A DNA stretch of 32,000 bases from Raphidiopsis brookii D9 (GCA_000175855.1 ACYB01000016.1:51532-83531), one strand, 5' to 3'. Counted from the first letter of the stretch, positions 7,382-17,287 are shown. A program made the numbers and translations. The notes: a model not told the origin generated them from the sequence alone.

Positions 7382-8780
7382 ATGCTCTATACTCATCGAC
7401 GTAAATTTATATCTTCTGTAGATAATCCCCAGTTCCTCCCTCCTGTTAGTCGTTGGACTTCTTTAGCAGGAATATTCCTAGTTGGTACTGTTGCTACTGC
7501 TATTGCTCTTGCTTCTTGGGTTAAATATAATGTCACAGTGAAAGCGGATGCTGTGGTTCGTCCTATGGGAGAAATTCGTGTAGTTCAACCGGAAATAGAG
7601 GGAACTATTAAAAGTATTTTGGTCAAACCAAATCAAACAGTGAAAATAGGTGATGTAATTGCCTATTTAAATACGGATGATTTGCTCATACAAAAAAAGT
7701 CAGTTACAAGAAAATATCCAACAGGGTAATTTACAAATATTGCAAATTCATGCCCAAGTCCGTATTTTAGATCGGCAAATTTTGGCTGAAACTCAAGTTG
7801 CTCAAAATGCTATTAATTCCGCAAGGGTGGATTTGTTACGTAACCAAAGGGAATATCAACAACAGCAGGTTAGCACCCAAGGTGAATTTCTGTCCGCTCA
7901 AGCTAACTGGCAAAAGGCTAAAGCTTCTTTGGATAAAGCTCGAGCAGATCTGAATTTTGCCAAAATGGATAAGGAACGCTATCAGGAACTATCCCAAATT
8001 GGAGCTGTGGGTAGACGGGAATTGGAACAAAAAGCTTTGACTGTTCAGCAAACACAATCAATCCTGGATACTGAGAGGAAATCTCTGGAAATGGCTAAAA
8101 TTAAGGTTCAATCAGCTCAAGTTGCTATTAATCCAACTCCAGCAGCAGTGATGATAGCACAGGAACGTATCGCTCAAGAAACTGCTAGGGGTGTGTCTAA
8201 TATTGCTAGTCTCAATAAGGAAAAACAAGCTTTAATTGAGCGTCGAGTTCAACTAGAAACCCAAATTAAACAATCTATTAAGGAATTAGAGCAGGTAGAA
8301 AATCAGATGCGTAAAAGTATGATTTTAGCTACGAGTAATGGTATTATTCTCAAACTCAATTTACGCAATCCCGGACAGGTGATCCGTCCCAGCGAATCTG
8401 TAGCAGAAATTGTACCTGATAGTTCGGAACTGTTGATTAGAGCTTTAATTCCCACTGAGGAAATACAAAAGGTCAATATAGGTCAACAAGTTAAATTACG
8501 GGTTGGTGCTTGTCCCTATCCTGATTATGGAACACTCCATGGGGTGGTTCAAACTATTTCTCCTGATGTGATTACCAATCAACCTAATAATCCAGGAACG
8601 ACTACTAATAGGATGGGTTATTTTGAAGCTATGGTTAAACCAGCAAGTTTGCAATTTGGTCAAGGTCGACATCAATGTTATCTCCAATCGGGAATGGAGG
8701 TGAAAGCTGATATTATTTCTAAACAGGAAACAGCTCTAGAATTTATGTTCAGAAAAGCAAGGTTAATTACTGATTTGTAA
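7382..8780 (+). CDS. HlyD-family membrane fusion/adaptor protein, interrupted by a frameshift at an A7 tract (ORFs 7382-7729 and 7677-8780)
   Basis: First ORF has an N-terminal TM and VVRPMGEIRVVQPEIEGTIKSILVKPNQTVKIGDVIAYLNTDDLLIQK; second continues with SQLQENIQQGNLQILQIHAQVRIL..., coiled-coil and EEIQKVNIGQQVKLRVGACPYPDYGTLHGVVQTISPD; deleting one A at 7692-7698 fuses them. Confidence 0.8.
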
Positions 8781-8830
8781 TTTTTATCAGGTGGGGAATA
8801 GGCAATAGACTAAAAAAATCGGTGTAGATC

Positions 8831-9583
8831 ATGGGTCTCAAAAAGTTCAAACTAGCATTAAATTGGTTGTTTTATAAACAATCTATAAAGCTATATGGGG
8901 AATCAGAAAAAATTCGAGATGATTTGTTACAGGAGTCTTTTACTATCCGTCGCGGTTTGGAAGCATTGAAAATTCAACACTGTAATTTATTAAATAACCA
9001 AGTAATGGGTTATCCATCGCCAGGTTTTTATCCTGTAAGTTCTCAACTAATCAGTGCTTATTTACCACATAATGAATCACCAAATCAATCATTTAATACT
9101 TCAATTTCTGAACATATTAAAAGGGTGGAAAACTTTCATCACTCCCTAGTTGATTTAAGCGATCGCCTGTTTCCAATTTATATTGAAGAGAGTCTACCTT
9201 TATCCATTCAGTGTTTGCTAGATTCTTGTTTTCTTGCTCATCCTCACATATCAGTTGATTTTGACATGCCCAGTTATTGGAGGAAGGAGTCAGCACAATT
9301 TAGTCTGCTGACTTTAAGAACTCTTCAGGAATTAATGTCTATAACTGTACCAACTTTTTCCGATCCTCTATCAATTTATATAAATTTGAAAGACCGGAAA
9401 AATATTCGGGAACTAACTCTGGAAATTATTTACCCCGATATTTCTACTTTGTTATTTTATTCTGGTTTACCGGAATTAAAATATCTCAGTAGTAGCTGGG
9501 AATTTTTAATTTCTGGTAAATGTTTTTATCATATAGTCAATTACAAAAGTAACTACAAAATAGCCTGGTTTTTTTGCTGGTGA
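8831..9583 (+). CDS. Uncharacterised protein, possibly a degenerate histidine-kinase-like protein
   Basis: 250-aa ORF beside exporter genes; RDDLLQESFTIRRGLEAL and the region around HSLVDLSDRLFPIYIEESLPLSIQ loosely resemble the DHp/CA arrangement of the 10548 kinase; no His-box or DNG motif seen. Confidence 0.35.
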   Translation: MGLKKFKLALNWLFYKQSIKLYGESEKIRDDLLQESFTIRRGLEALKIQHCNLLNNQVMGYPSPGFYPVSSQLISAYLPHNESPNQSFNTSISEHIKRVENFHHSLVDLSDRLFPIYIEESLPLSIQCLLDSCFLAHPHISVDFDMPSYWRKESAQFSLLTLRTLQELMSITVPTFSDPLSIYINLKDRKNIRELTLEIIYPDISTLLFYSGLPELKYLSSSWEFLISGKCFYHIVNYKSNYKIAWFFCW

Positions 9584-9763
9584 ATTGAGGTAAATCCCGA
9601 TAAATCGCCAGGATAGAAATTCAGATCTTAGCTTTCTGACTAGCAGAATAGGTTCTAAATCTTTCTCTAAAGTTCAGGAATTTTCTCCATGAGGGGTGAA
9701 GTACCTCATCCTCAACTAAATAGAATCCATACAATTTATTAGGTAAAGGTTCATCATTTTTTA

Positions 9764-10492
9764 ATGTTGATAATGCAACATCAAATACAACATTTATTAC
9801 CTGATCAATTAACCGTTCAATCCACTAATCAAACTAATAAACTGCTGAAGATATTAGTCATTGATGACCATGAATCGGTTCTGAACGGGACGATTTACAT
9901 TTTGCGTAAAAACTATCCCAGTGCTGAATTTATAACTGCAACAGATGTGCAAACAACTGTGGACCAGGTAACTAATAGACAACCTGATCTCATAGTTATG
10001 GATCTTTCCATACCTGAAAGACAAGGAATGACTGCTCGCACTGATAATGGTATTCAACTACTAAAGACCTTGATGAAACAACATCCCCATCTGAATATTG
10101 TTGTTCAAAGCGCCCACAGCAAAACCCTAGTGCGAATTCGGTTAAATATTGACAGTCATCAAGGAGGTTTTACCATTGCTAATAAAAGTGTTTCTATTCA
10201 GGAGATGTTAACCAGGGTTGATTGGGCATTACAAGGACTAACTCACACTAAGGATATTAAGGGAATTAACTCGGGAATGGAGGTAAAACCAGAGTGGTTA
10301 AAAGTTTTATATTTGGCCTTTGAGCGGGGATTACAAGATAAAGCTATTGCTCAAGAAATGTGTGTTTCTGAACGAATGGTACGTCATTATTGGAATAAGT
10401 TACAAGATGCTCTCAATATCTATCCAGAGGTCGGTAAAAATATTCGTATTCAAACGGAAAAACAAGCTAGGGAGGAGGGATTGATTGATTAG
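9764..10492 (+). CDS. Response regulator with LuxR/NarL-like HTH output
   Basis: Receiver KILVIDDHES...DLIVMDLSIPERQG; C-terminal HTH AFERGLQDKAIAQEMCVSERMVRHYWNKLQDAL. Confidence 0.8.
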   Translation: MLIMQHQIQHLLPDQLTVQSTNQTNKLLKILVIDDHESVLNGTIYILRKNYPSAEFITATDVQTTVDQVTNRQPDLIVMDLSIPERQGMTARTDNGIQLLKTLMKQHPHLNIVVQSAHSKTLVRIRLNIDSHQGGFTIANKSVSIQEMLTRVDWALQGLTHTKDIKGINSGMEVKPEWLKVLYLAFERGLQDKAIAQEMCVSERMVRHYWNKLQDALNIYPEVGKNIRIQTEKQAREEGLID

Positions 10493-10547
10493 TTAATAAT
10501 AGGAAGTGGGGCGGGAGAAAACCGAAGAATAATCAAGGGCTAAAATT

Positions 10548-11528
10548 ATGCAGTCTAAACCTTGGAAAAAGATTAGGGTGGTTTTACCAATCAACCATTT
10601 ATTAAACCATATATCAATCTGTATATTAAACTATCTATCAAACCATCTATCTAACATTTACCAAAAACGGATTCTTGGTTATTTGGGAATTTTTAATTTA
10701 CTCAGTATTACCTATCTAATAGTAAATTGGGATTATTTAAACTCTCCTATTTTGGCAGTTTATATTATTATTGCTAATCTGTTGGAATTGATAATACTAC
10801 AGCACAAAGGTCAAAACCTAAAATTAGAAGTTAAATCCAGACAAACAATCATTGAAATTATCTTTGAAACCATCCATAATGGTCCCCTACAAACCCTAGA
10901 TAAAATTTTAAGAATAGTCAATCAAGTCAATCAGCAAGAATTCTCTTCAGATACACTAATCAAAACCACAATTCCAGAATTAACCACAGAACTGGAAAAA
11001 TTAAACCAAGAACTCAGAGGAATCTATGAATTTTGGCACCGAGAAACCATCTCTCCACACGCTAACCTCTACCTAGATAAAAATCTAGTCATTAATTTAG
11101 AAGCTCCCCTACCAGAAATCCTCTATCAGGTCTATACCCATACCCTGGAACGAAATTTCTCCTGTTTTCAAACCATTAGATTAAAAGTCCGCAGTTTTGA
11201 CCCACTGGATGAAACTGGGTTAACCCTGGAACATAAACGCGGAATTTGTCGTTTCTTGGAAGAATCACTATGTAATGTGGGTAAATATGCAACAGAAGTA
11301 ACCTGTCTTAAAGTTAGTGGCCTCTCATATATGGGTTGGTACACGCTCAGTATTATCGATAATGGTTTAGGTGTGAACTCATGTAAAGAAGGAGAAGGAA
11401 CAAAGCAGTTCAAATATTTAGCTCAACAAATTCAAGGTAAATTTCAGAGAATTCCTCAACATCCCCAAGGAACTATTTGTGAATTATCTTGGCCTATAAG
11501 TTCTGTGGTCAAGAATCATCAAACTTAG
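10548..11528 (+). CDS. Membrane sensor histidine kinase
   Basis: Two hydrophobic segments, H-box EIIFETIHNGPLQTLDKI, N-box-like FLEESLCNVGKYA, G1-like LSIIDNGLGV; adjacent to a LuxR-type regulator. Confidence 0.72.
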   Translation: MQSKPWKKIRVVLPINHLLNHISICILNYLSNHLSNIYQKRILGYLGIFNLLSITYLIVNWDYLNSPILAVYIIIANLLELIILQHKGQNLKLEVKSRQTIIEIIFETIHNGPLQTLDKILRIVNQVNQQEFSSDTLIKTTIPELTTELEKLNQELRGIYEFWHRETISPHANLYLDKNLVINLEAPLPEILYQVYTHTLERNFSCFQTIRLKVRSFDPLDETGLTLEHKRGICRFLEESLCNVGKYATEVTCLKVSGLSYMGWYTLSIIDNGLGVNSCKEGEGTKQFKYLAQQIQGKFQRIPQHPQGTICELSWPISSVVKNHQT

Positions 11529-11590
11529 CTATATTGTGAATATAATAGCTAAGTGTGGAACTTTGACTCAAAGGAAGGCTAAAAAACACT

Positions 11591-12523
11591 GTGCAGATCA
11601 CATTTTTAGGCACAAGTTCTGGTGTACCTACAAGATCACGTAATGTTTCCAGTGTGGCGCTAAGACTACCACAACGCGCAGAACTCTGGTTGTTTGACTG
11701 TGGTGAAGGTACACAACATCAAATTTTGCGCAGTGACCTGAAAATTAGTCAACTGTCACGCATTTTTATCACCCATCTCCATGGTGATCACATTTTTGGC
11801 TTGATGGGACTTTTAGCTAGTTGTGGTTTAGCTGGTAATGTGGAACGGGTTGATATCTATGGACCTGCTGGATTAAATGAGTACCTGCAAGGTGCTTCAC
11901 GTTACTCCCACACTCATTTTTCCTATCCTATTAAGGTTCATACTGTTCAACCTGGTGTGATTTACGAAGATGAGGAATTTACTGTTACCTGTGGAATGCT
12001 CCATCACCGCATTACTGCTTTTGGTTATCGTGTAACGGAAAAAAACAGATCTGGACGATTTGATGTAGAACAAGCCAAAGCCCTACAAATACCTTCCGGA
12101 CCAATTTATGGAAAACTTAAACGGGGGGAAATTGTCAAATTGGAAGATGGTCGAATCATTAATGGTAAGGAATTATGTGGTCCAACAGAAATTGGACGTA
12201 AATTTGTCTATTGTACAGATACTGTTTATTGTGATGGGGCTGTTAAATTGGCCAAGGATGCGGATGTGTTGATTCACGAAGCTACTTTTGCTCATCAAGA
12301 TGCAGAAATGGCTTTTCAAAGATTACACTCTACCAGTACAATGGCAGCACAAACAGCTTATGTGGCTGGAGTAAATCAACTGATTATGACCCATTTTAGT
12401 CCCAGATATACTCCGGGGAATGACATTGAGTTAAAAGATTTACTTAAAGAAGCTCGTGCAATTTTTCCTAATACCATTATGGCTCATGATTTTATGGTTT
12501 ATGACATACCCAGAAGAAGATAA
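11591..12523 (+). CDS. rnz: Ribonuclease Z
   Basis: [21 protein letters not shown], metal-binding [12 protein letters not shown], downstream HEATF and THFSPRY motifs. Confidence 0.92.
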   Translation: MQITFLGTSSGVPTRSRNVSSVALRLPQRAELWLFDCGEGTQHQILRSDLKISQLSRIFITHLHGDHIFGLMGLLASCGLAGNVERVDIYGPAGLNEYLQGASRYSHTHFSYPIKVHTVQPGVIYEDEEFTVTCGMLHHRITAFGYRVTEKNRSGRFDVEQAKALQIPSGPIYGKLKRGEIVKLEDGRIINGKELCGPTEIGRKFVYCTDTVYCDGAVKLAKDADVLIHEATFAHQDAEMAFQRLHSTSTMAAQTAYVAGVNQLIMTHFSPRYTPGNDIELKDLLKEARAIFPNTIMAHDFMVYDIPRRR

Positions 12524-12685
12524 ACAATAGCGATCGCATCTTCTAAAGTGGTTGCTTTACAATGTTTCGCTGTTAATTGGAATAGTATATACCACATCAT
12601 AAATTGATCGAATCTGTCATCCACATCTGGTAGATAATCCAAACTCTTTAAAATTTAAGATCATTTAAATCCTTAAAGATTAAAC

Positions 12686-13732
12686 ATGAATTACTGTTTC
12701 AATCCCCACTGTGATCAACCTACAAACCCAGAAGGTGTTAATTTTTGCCTAAATTGTGGTGCCAATCTACTTCTAAAAGAGCGCTATCGCTCAATTAAAC
12801 TCATTGGAAAAGGAGGATTTGGTAGAACTTTTTTAGCAGTGGATGAAGACAAACCCTCAAAACCATTTTGCGTAATTAAACAGTTCTATACTCAATCATC
12901 AGGAAATGATACACTTCAAAAAGCAATACAACTATTTAATCAGGAGGCTATTCGCTTAGATGAACTAGGAACACATCCTCAAATCCCAGAACTGTTGGCT
13001 TATTGTACTCAGGAAGATAGACAATACTTAGTTCAGGAATTTATTAACGGTTTGAATTTAGGACAGGAACTAGTTCAAAATGGTGCATTTACAGAAGACA
13101 AAATTCGACAATTACTCATTGATTTATTACCAGTTCTGCAATTTTGCCATCGGCACCAGGTAATTCATCGAGATATTAAACCAGAAAATATTATTCGTCG
13201 CACTAGTGATAATAAACTAGTTATAGTTGATTTTGGAGCAGCAAAATCAACCACAGGAGAAACCGGAAATCGCACGGTAACAAGCATTGGCACTCCTGAA
13301 TATGTCGCGCCAGAACAAATGCGCGGAAAAGCAATATTTGCCAGCGACATTTATGGACTGGGCGTGACCTGTATTAACCTGTTAACCGGGCGATCGCCTT
13401 TTGACTGTTATTATAGTCATGAAGCTACATGGATATGGAGAAAGTTTTTAAAAACCCCGATAACTGATGATTTAGGGCAAATAATAGATAAAATGATAGC
13501 TACGATTCCCAGTCAACGCTATCAAACTGTTACAGATGTAATAGAAGACTTAAAATTACACTCCACTTCAACAACTAGCCCTATTTTTATCAAAAATACT
13601 GTAAATATTCCCACCACTATAATTAGTCCACCAAAACCACAAGCGCCCACATCTAAAAATTATCCCCATGTTCCAGATATTATAGATCAAGAACTAGCAG
13701 AAATCAAATCTAAGTTCCTAGATAATGGTTAA
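12686..13732 (+). CDS. Serine/threonine protein kinase with N-terminal zinc-ribbon
   Basis: CFNPHCDQPTNPEGVNFCLNCG ribbon; kinase motifs IGKGGFGRTFLA, VIHRDIKPENII, VDFGAAK, GTPEYVAPEQ. Confidence 0.9.
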   Translation: MNYCFNPHCDQPTNPEGVNFCLNCGANLLLKERYRSIKLIGKGGFGRTFLAVDEDKPSKPFCVIKQFYTQSSGNDTLQKAIQLFNQEAIRLDELGTHPQIPELLAYCTQEDRQYLVQEFINGLNLGQELVQNGAFTEDKIRQLLIDLLPVLQFCHRHQVIHRDIKPENIIRRTSDNKLVIVDFGAAKSTTGETGNRTVTSIGTPEYVAPEQMRGKAIFASDIYGLGVTCINLLTGRSPFDCYYSHEATWIWRKFLKTPITDDLGQIIDKMIATIPSQRYQTVTDVIEDLKLHSTSTTSPIFIKNTVNIPTTIISPPKPQAPTSKNYPHVPDIIDQELAEIKSKFLDNG

Positions 13733-13738
13733 TATTAT

Positions 13739-13760
13739 AAAAAGGCGGGGTTTCCCCGCC
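13739..13760 (-). terminator. Rho-independent terminator for gnd
   Basis: On the minus strand GGCGGGG-AAA-CCCCGCC-TTTTT. Confidence 0.8.
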
Positions 13761-13806
13761 CAAAAAACTTTAGAAATGCTCAAAATCAAAGTCAACTTCC
13801 TAAGAA

Positions 13807-15237
13807 TTACTTCTTAGCTTCAGCAATAGGAACCCACTCAGTATGGAAAGTTCCTTCTATATCAACCCGTTTGTAAGTATGAGCGCCAAAATAATCCCGT
13901 TGAGCTTGGGTTAAATTTTGAGGTAATTTTTCCCGACGGTAGCTATCAAAATAATCCAGAGAAGCACTAAAAGCAGGAACAGGAATACCCGTCTTAGCAG
14001 CTGTGACAATAATTTCCCGCCATGCAGACTGTCTATCCAGAATTGTTTGCTTAAATTCAGGTGCTAACAACAAGTTAGGTAAAGCGGGATTTTCGTCAAA
14101 TGCTTTCTTAATCTTATTCAAGAAACCAGCACGAATAATACAACCACCTTTCCAAATTCGAGCCATTTCACCCAAATTCAGATCCCAATTATAGGTTTTA
14201 GAAGCACTGGAAATTAATGCCATACCCTGAGCATAAGAACAAATTTTAGAACAATAAAGTGCATCCTGCACCATGTTCACAAAGGTTCTCGTATCTTCAA
14301 ATTGAGTGGGAGCAGGACCTGTTAATTGTTTAGATGCGGCAATTCTCTCTTCCCTAATAGAGGAAATAATTCGAGAATTGACCGCAGCAGTAATTGTAGG
14401 AATAGCAACCCCTAATTCCAAAGCAGTTTGCACAGTCCAACGACCAGTACCTTTTTGCCCTGCAGCATCGACAATTAAATCTACCAAGGGTTGTTTAGTC
14501 CCAGGATCAATATAGGGGAAAATATTGGCTGTAATCTCAATCAAAAATGAGTTCAGCTCGTCTGTTTGATTCCACTCTGTAAATACCTCATGCAGTTGGG
14601 TAGCATCTAGTCCACCAACGTTCTTGAGTAAATCATAAGCCTCTGCAATTAATTGCATGTCGCCATACTCAATTCCATTATGAACCATTTTCACATAGTG
14701 ACCAGAACCACCGGGTCCAATATAAGTCACACAGGGACCATCATCAACTTGTGCAGCGATTCTGTTAAAAATTGGGGAGAGATACTCATAAGAACTTTTT
14801 GTACCACCTGGCATGAGGGAGGGACCATTCAGTGCTCCCTCCTCACCACCACTTACACCCATACCAATGTAGCGTAAACCGGTGGTTTCTAATTCCTGGG
14901 TGCGTCTTTCCGTATCTTCAAACCAAGAGTTACCACCATCAATAATGATGTCTCCTTCTTCAAGTAATGGTTTGAGCTGTTGAATAACTGCATCAACAGG
15001 TTTGCCAGCTTGTACCATTACTAAGATTTTACGAGGACGTTCCAGTGAAGCAACAAATTCTTCTAGGGTAAAGGCTGCCTTAACGTTTCTGCCACCAGCT
15101 CGGTTTGACATAAACGCATCTGTTTTTTCACGAGATCTGTTGTAAACTGCAATTGGAAAACCATTACGCTCAACATTGAGGGCAATATTTTCGCCCATAA
15201 CGGCTAGTCCAATTATGCCAAAGCTTTGTAGTGTCAT
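13807..15237 (-). CDS. gnd: 6-phosphogluconate dehydrogenase (decarboxylating)
   Basis: GIIGLAVMGENIALNVERNGF, IGPGGSGHYVKMVHNGIEYGDMQLIAEAYDLL, HTYKRVDIEGTFHTEW. Confidence 0.96.
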   Translation of the reverse strand: MTLQSFGIIGLAVMGENIALNVERNGFPIAVYNRSREKTDAFMSNRAGGRNVKAAFTLEEFVASLERPRKILVMVQAGKPVDAVIQQLKPLLEEGDIIIDGGNSWFEDTERRTQELETTGLRYIGMGVSGGEEGALNGPSLMPGGTKSSYEYLSPIFNRIAAQVDDGPCVTYIGPGGSGHYVKMVHNGIEYGDMQLIAEAYDLLKNVGGLDATQLHEVFTEWNQTDELNSFLIEITANIFPYIDPGTKQPLVDLIVDAAGQKGTGRWTVQTALELGVAIPTITAAVNSRIISSIREERIAASKQLTGPAPTQFEDTRTFVNMVQDALYCSKICSYAQGMALISSASKTYNWDLNLGEMARIWKGGCIIRAGFLNKIKKAFDENPALPNLLLAPEFKQTILDRQSAWREIIVTAAKTGIPVPAFSASLDYFDSYRREKLPQNLTQAQRDYFGAHTYKRVDIEGTFHTEWVPIAEAKK

Positions 15238-15432
15238 AGTTGTTTTTGGGTTTGGCTAACTCTTGCAGATGCTTTCATCTTTAAGGGTAATCCGAGATTT
15301 TCGGTTCACTTCTAAAGAAGATATTAAGAGTTGATGTGTAAGACAATAAACCATAACTACTAAACTCTAGAATCTGATTTTGATTTGTATTTTCCCGAAC
15401 AGATAAAACTTATAAAACAGGAGTTGCAAAAT

Positions 15433-16032
15433 ATGCTTGTTTATATTCTATCCTTGGTAGTGGCAATTGCCAGTTTAACTATTTACGCCAGTGCTTTCTT
15501 TTTCCCGGAAGTTCACCGCAAAGACGATTTTATTTGGAGCGGGGTTGGTTTGTTTTATGCTTTGGCATTATGGGTTTTTGCATCCCGCATTACCGGGGGT
15601 CTATTACTGGGTCATGTAGCTAGTGTGTCACTTTTGTTATGGTTTGGTGGGCAAACTCTCTCTTTGCGTGGTCAACTTGTCCCTAAGGGAAAACCAATCT
15701 CAGTCTCCACTGCACAACCGGAGATTAAGGAGATTCAGCAACCAGTATCTAAGATATCTTTACCGGAAAAGCTGCAACAGTTACTATCATTAATTATTAG
15801 GCCGTTTAATGATCTTATAGTCAAAGTTCAGCAAGTGGTTTTTAAAAACCCCTCTGTAAATACTCAAATATCTCCGTCACCAGCTCCAGAACCATCTACC
15901 CCAGAACCATCTACCCCAGAACCATCTACCCCGGAACCATCTACTCCAGAACCATCTACCCCGGAACCATCTACTCCAGAACCATCTACCCCGGAACCAT
16001 CTACTCCGGAACCATCTACTCCCGAATCCTAA
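15433..16032 (+). CDS. Ycf66-family protein with C-terminal PEPST repeats
   Basis: MLVYILSLVVAIASLTIYASAFFFPEVHRKDDFIWSGVGLFYALALWVFASRITGGLLLGHVASV is Ycf66-like; the ORF-track start (15385) adds 16 aa unlikely to be native. Confidence 0.82.
   Translation: MLVYILSLVVAIASLTIYASAFFFPEVHRKDDFIWSGVGLFYALALWVFASRITGGLLLGHVASVSLLLWFGGQTLSLRGQLVPKGKPISVSTAQPEIKEIQQPVSKISLPEKLQQLLSLIIRPFNDLIVKVQQVVFKNPSVNTQISPSPAPEPSTPEPSTPEPSTPEPSTPEPSTPEPSTPEPSTPEPSTPEPSTPES
15886..16020 (+). repeat. 15-nt tandem repeat x9 encoding (PEPST)9
   Basis: CCRGAACCATCTACY units with only third-position variation. Confidence 0.95.
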
Positions 16033-16183
16033 GTGATTGGAAGCATAAGTTTAGCCAGAACGCCTATCCAGACAGCTGAACCCTGTCTATGTCTATAGCG
16101 TTCTGTTCCACTAAGTCGGGTTGCTGTACAACTTTAAGTTAGGTGCCAAAGTACCGTTTCTAGTATCAGCGAGTACTTGAACT

Positions 16184-16483
16184 CTAATCTATTCTTTGAT
16201 ATTCTTCTTGGGGTTTGATGTTTTCTGGATCACCCCAATCATTTGTGGTTGGACTTGGAAACTCATAGTCCCTATAGTCGCTGGGATAGTCCTTTAATTG
16301 TGTCAGATATTCTTGCGGGTCGTCCAGTTCTAAATCCTTATACCAGAATTCGCTTAAACTAGTTTTTACAAACTGATCTTCTCCCAATAGGTTCCAAATC
16401 TCCTCTTTTAGGTCAACTGGCATAGTTGTTACCCCCTTATTAATGTCAAATGTTACTTTTTGATTTGAGCTGGTGAACAACAT
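16184..16483 (-). CDS. Hypothetical small acidic protein
   Basis: 99-aa ORF with no recognised domain; native start may be the internal Met at MPVDLKEEIW. Confidence 0.5.
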   Translation of the reverse strand: MLFTSSNQKVTFDINKGVTTMPVDLKEEIWNLLGEDQFVKTSLSEFWYKDLELDDPQEYLTQLKDYPSDYRDYEFPSPTTNDWGDPENIKPQEEYQRID

Positions 16484-16720
16484 ACTATGAAGTTATAAGG
16501 AAATTATAAGGAAAAATAGGTAGCACAGTTAAGAAATATTGCTAAAGTGAGCCCCAATATTGTTTCACTGCTATATAAAACCTAGACAAAACTAGACTTT
16601 ACTTTCTACTTCAACGGGAGCGAGCGGTTATCCCTCAGTAGACTTGCACGCTTTAGCCAGACGCGATAACATGATTGCTGCATTACTTATCCTTAGCACT
16701 GTATTTCTTTGTTTTCTGAG

Positions 16721-17287
16721 TCACCAACTAGCTCTTTGGCGAATTGCCAGAAGGTTAGATCGTAGATCATTAGCGAGGCGATCTTCAACTATCCCTATTG
16801 GCATAGTTAGCTTTGGCCAAACTCGAATTGTATAGCACAAATCAGTTCCCTCTCCGGTTTCCAATTTATAAGGTTCTAAGCGCCAAAAACCAGAAAAACC
16901 CTTGAAATCACCCTCTACCATTGCAAATTTGATTAATTTAGGAAAAACCTCTTCCAAGTCTAGCACCACACGGGCACAAAACTTAAAGTTCAGCAAACAC
17001 TGAGACCCTATCTGTTCTAAACGTATACCACCTTCGGGGTGTTCTATCAAAGAACTTTTGGTCAAGTTAGGTATAAACTCCACCAAGGACTCATAATCAG
17101 TGAGAATTTTCCATACCTTTTGTACTGGTTGGTGGATTTGCACCTGAGCGGTAATTTGTCTTTGTCTGTCGGATAGTTTTTCTACCTGGATGCTAACCCC
17201 ATCTGAATTTTGCTCCAGAGCATTCTTATCCTTTGACCGGATGATATTTGGGGAATCAAGTCCCGGATTGTGGTTTTGTATGGTCAC
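16721..17287 (-). CDS. SRPBCC/START-like (polyketide cyclase/dehydrase-type) protein
   Basis: VQIHQPVQKVWKILTDYESLVEFIPNLTKSSL...GFWRLEPY...PIGIVEDRLANDLRSNLLAIRQRA. Confidence 0.75.
   Translation of the reverse strand: MTIQNHNPGLDSPNIIRSKDKNALEQNSDGVSIQVEKLSDRQRQITAQVQIHQPVQKVWKILTDYESLVEFIPNLTKSSLIEHPEGGIRLEQIGSQCLLNFKFCARVVLDLEEVFPKLIKFAMVEGDFKGFSGFWRLEPYKLETGEGTDLCYTIRVWPKLTMPIGIVEDRLANDLRSNLLAIRQRASW

Noticed and set aside
7236-7421. 61-aa ORF between exporter and adaptor
   Set aside because: Overlaps the 3' end of the exporter and the 5' end of the adaptor in another frame; not credible as a gene.
7693-7699. A_AAA_AAG heptamer in frame in the adaptor gene, identical to the classic dnaX -1 frameshift slippery site
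   Set aside because: A -1 shift here reads ...GTC AGT TAC AAG... and stops within about 22 codons. The real downstream frame requires +1 (or loss of one A), so canonical -1 programmed frameshifting does not explain the two ORFs.
15385-15432. N-terminal extension MYFPEQIKLIKQELQN of the Ycf66-family ORF
   Set aside because: The family begins at MLVYIL, matching an internal ATG at 15433.
16644-16835. Plus-strand 63-aa ORF with a hydrophobic stretch
   Set aside because: Its C-terminal half is antisense to the well-supported SRPBCC gene and the rest lacks supporting signals; probably a by-product frame.
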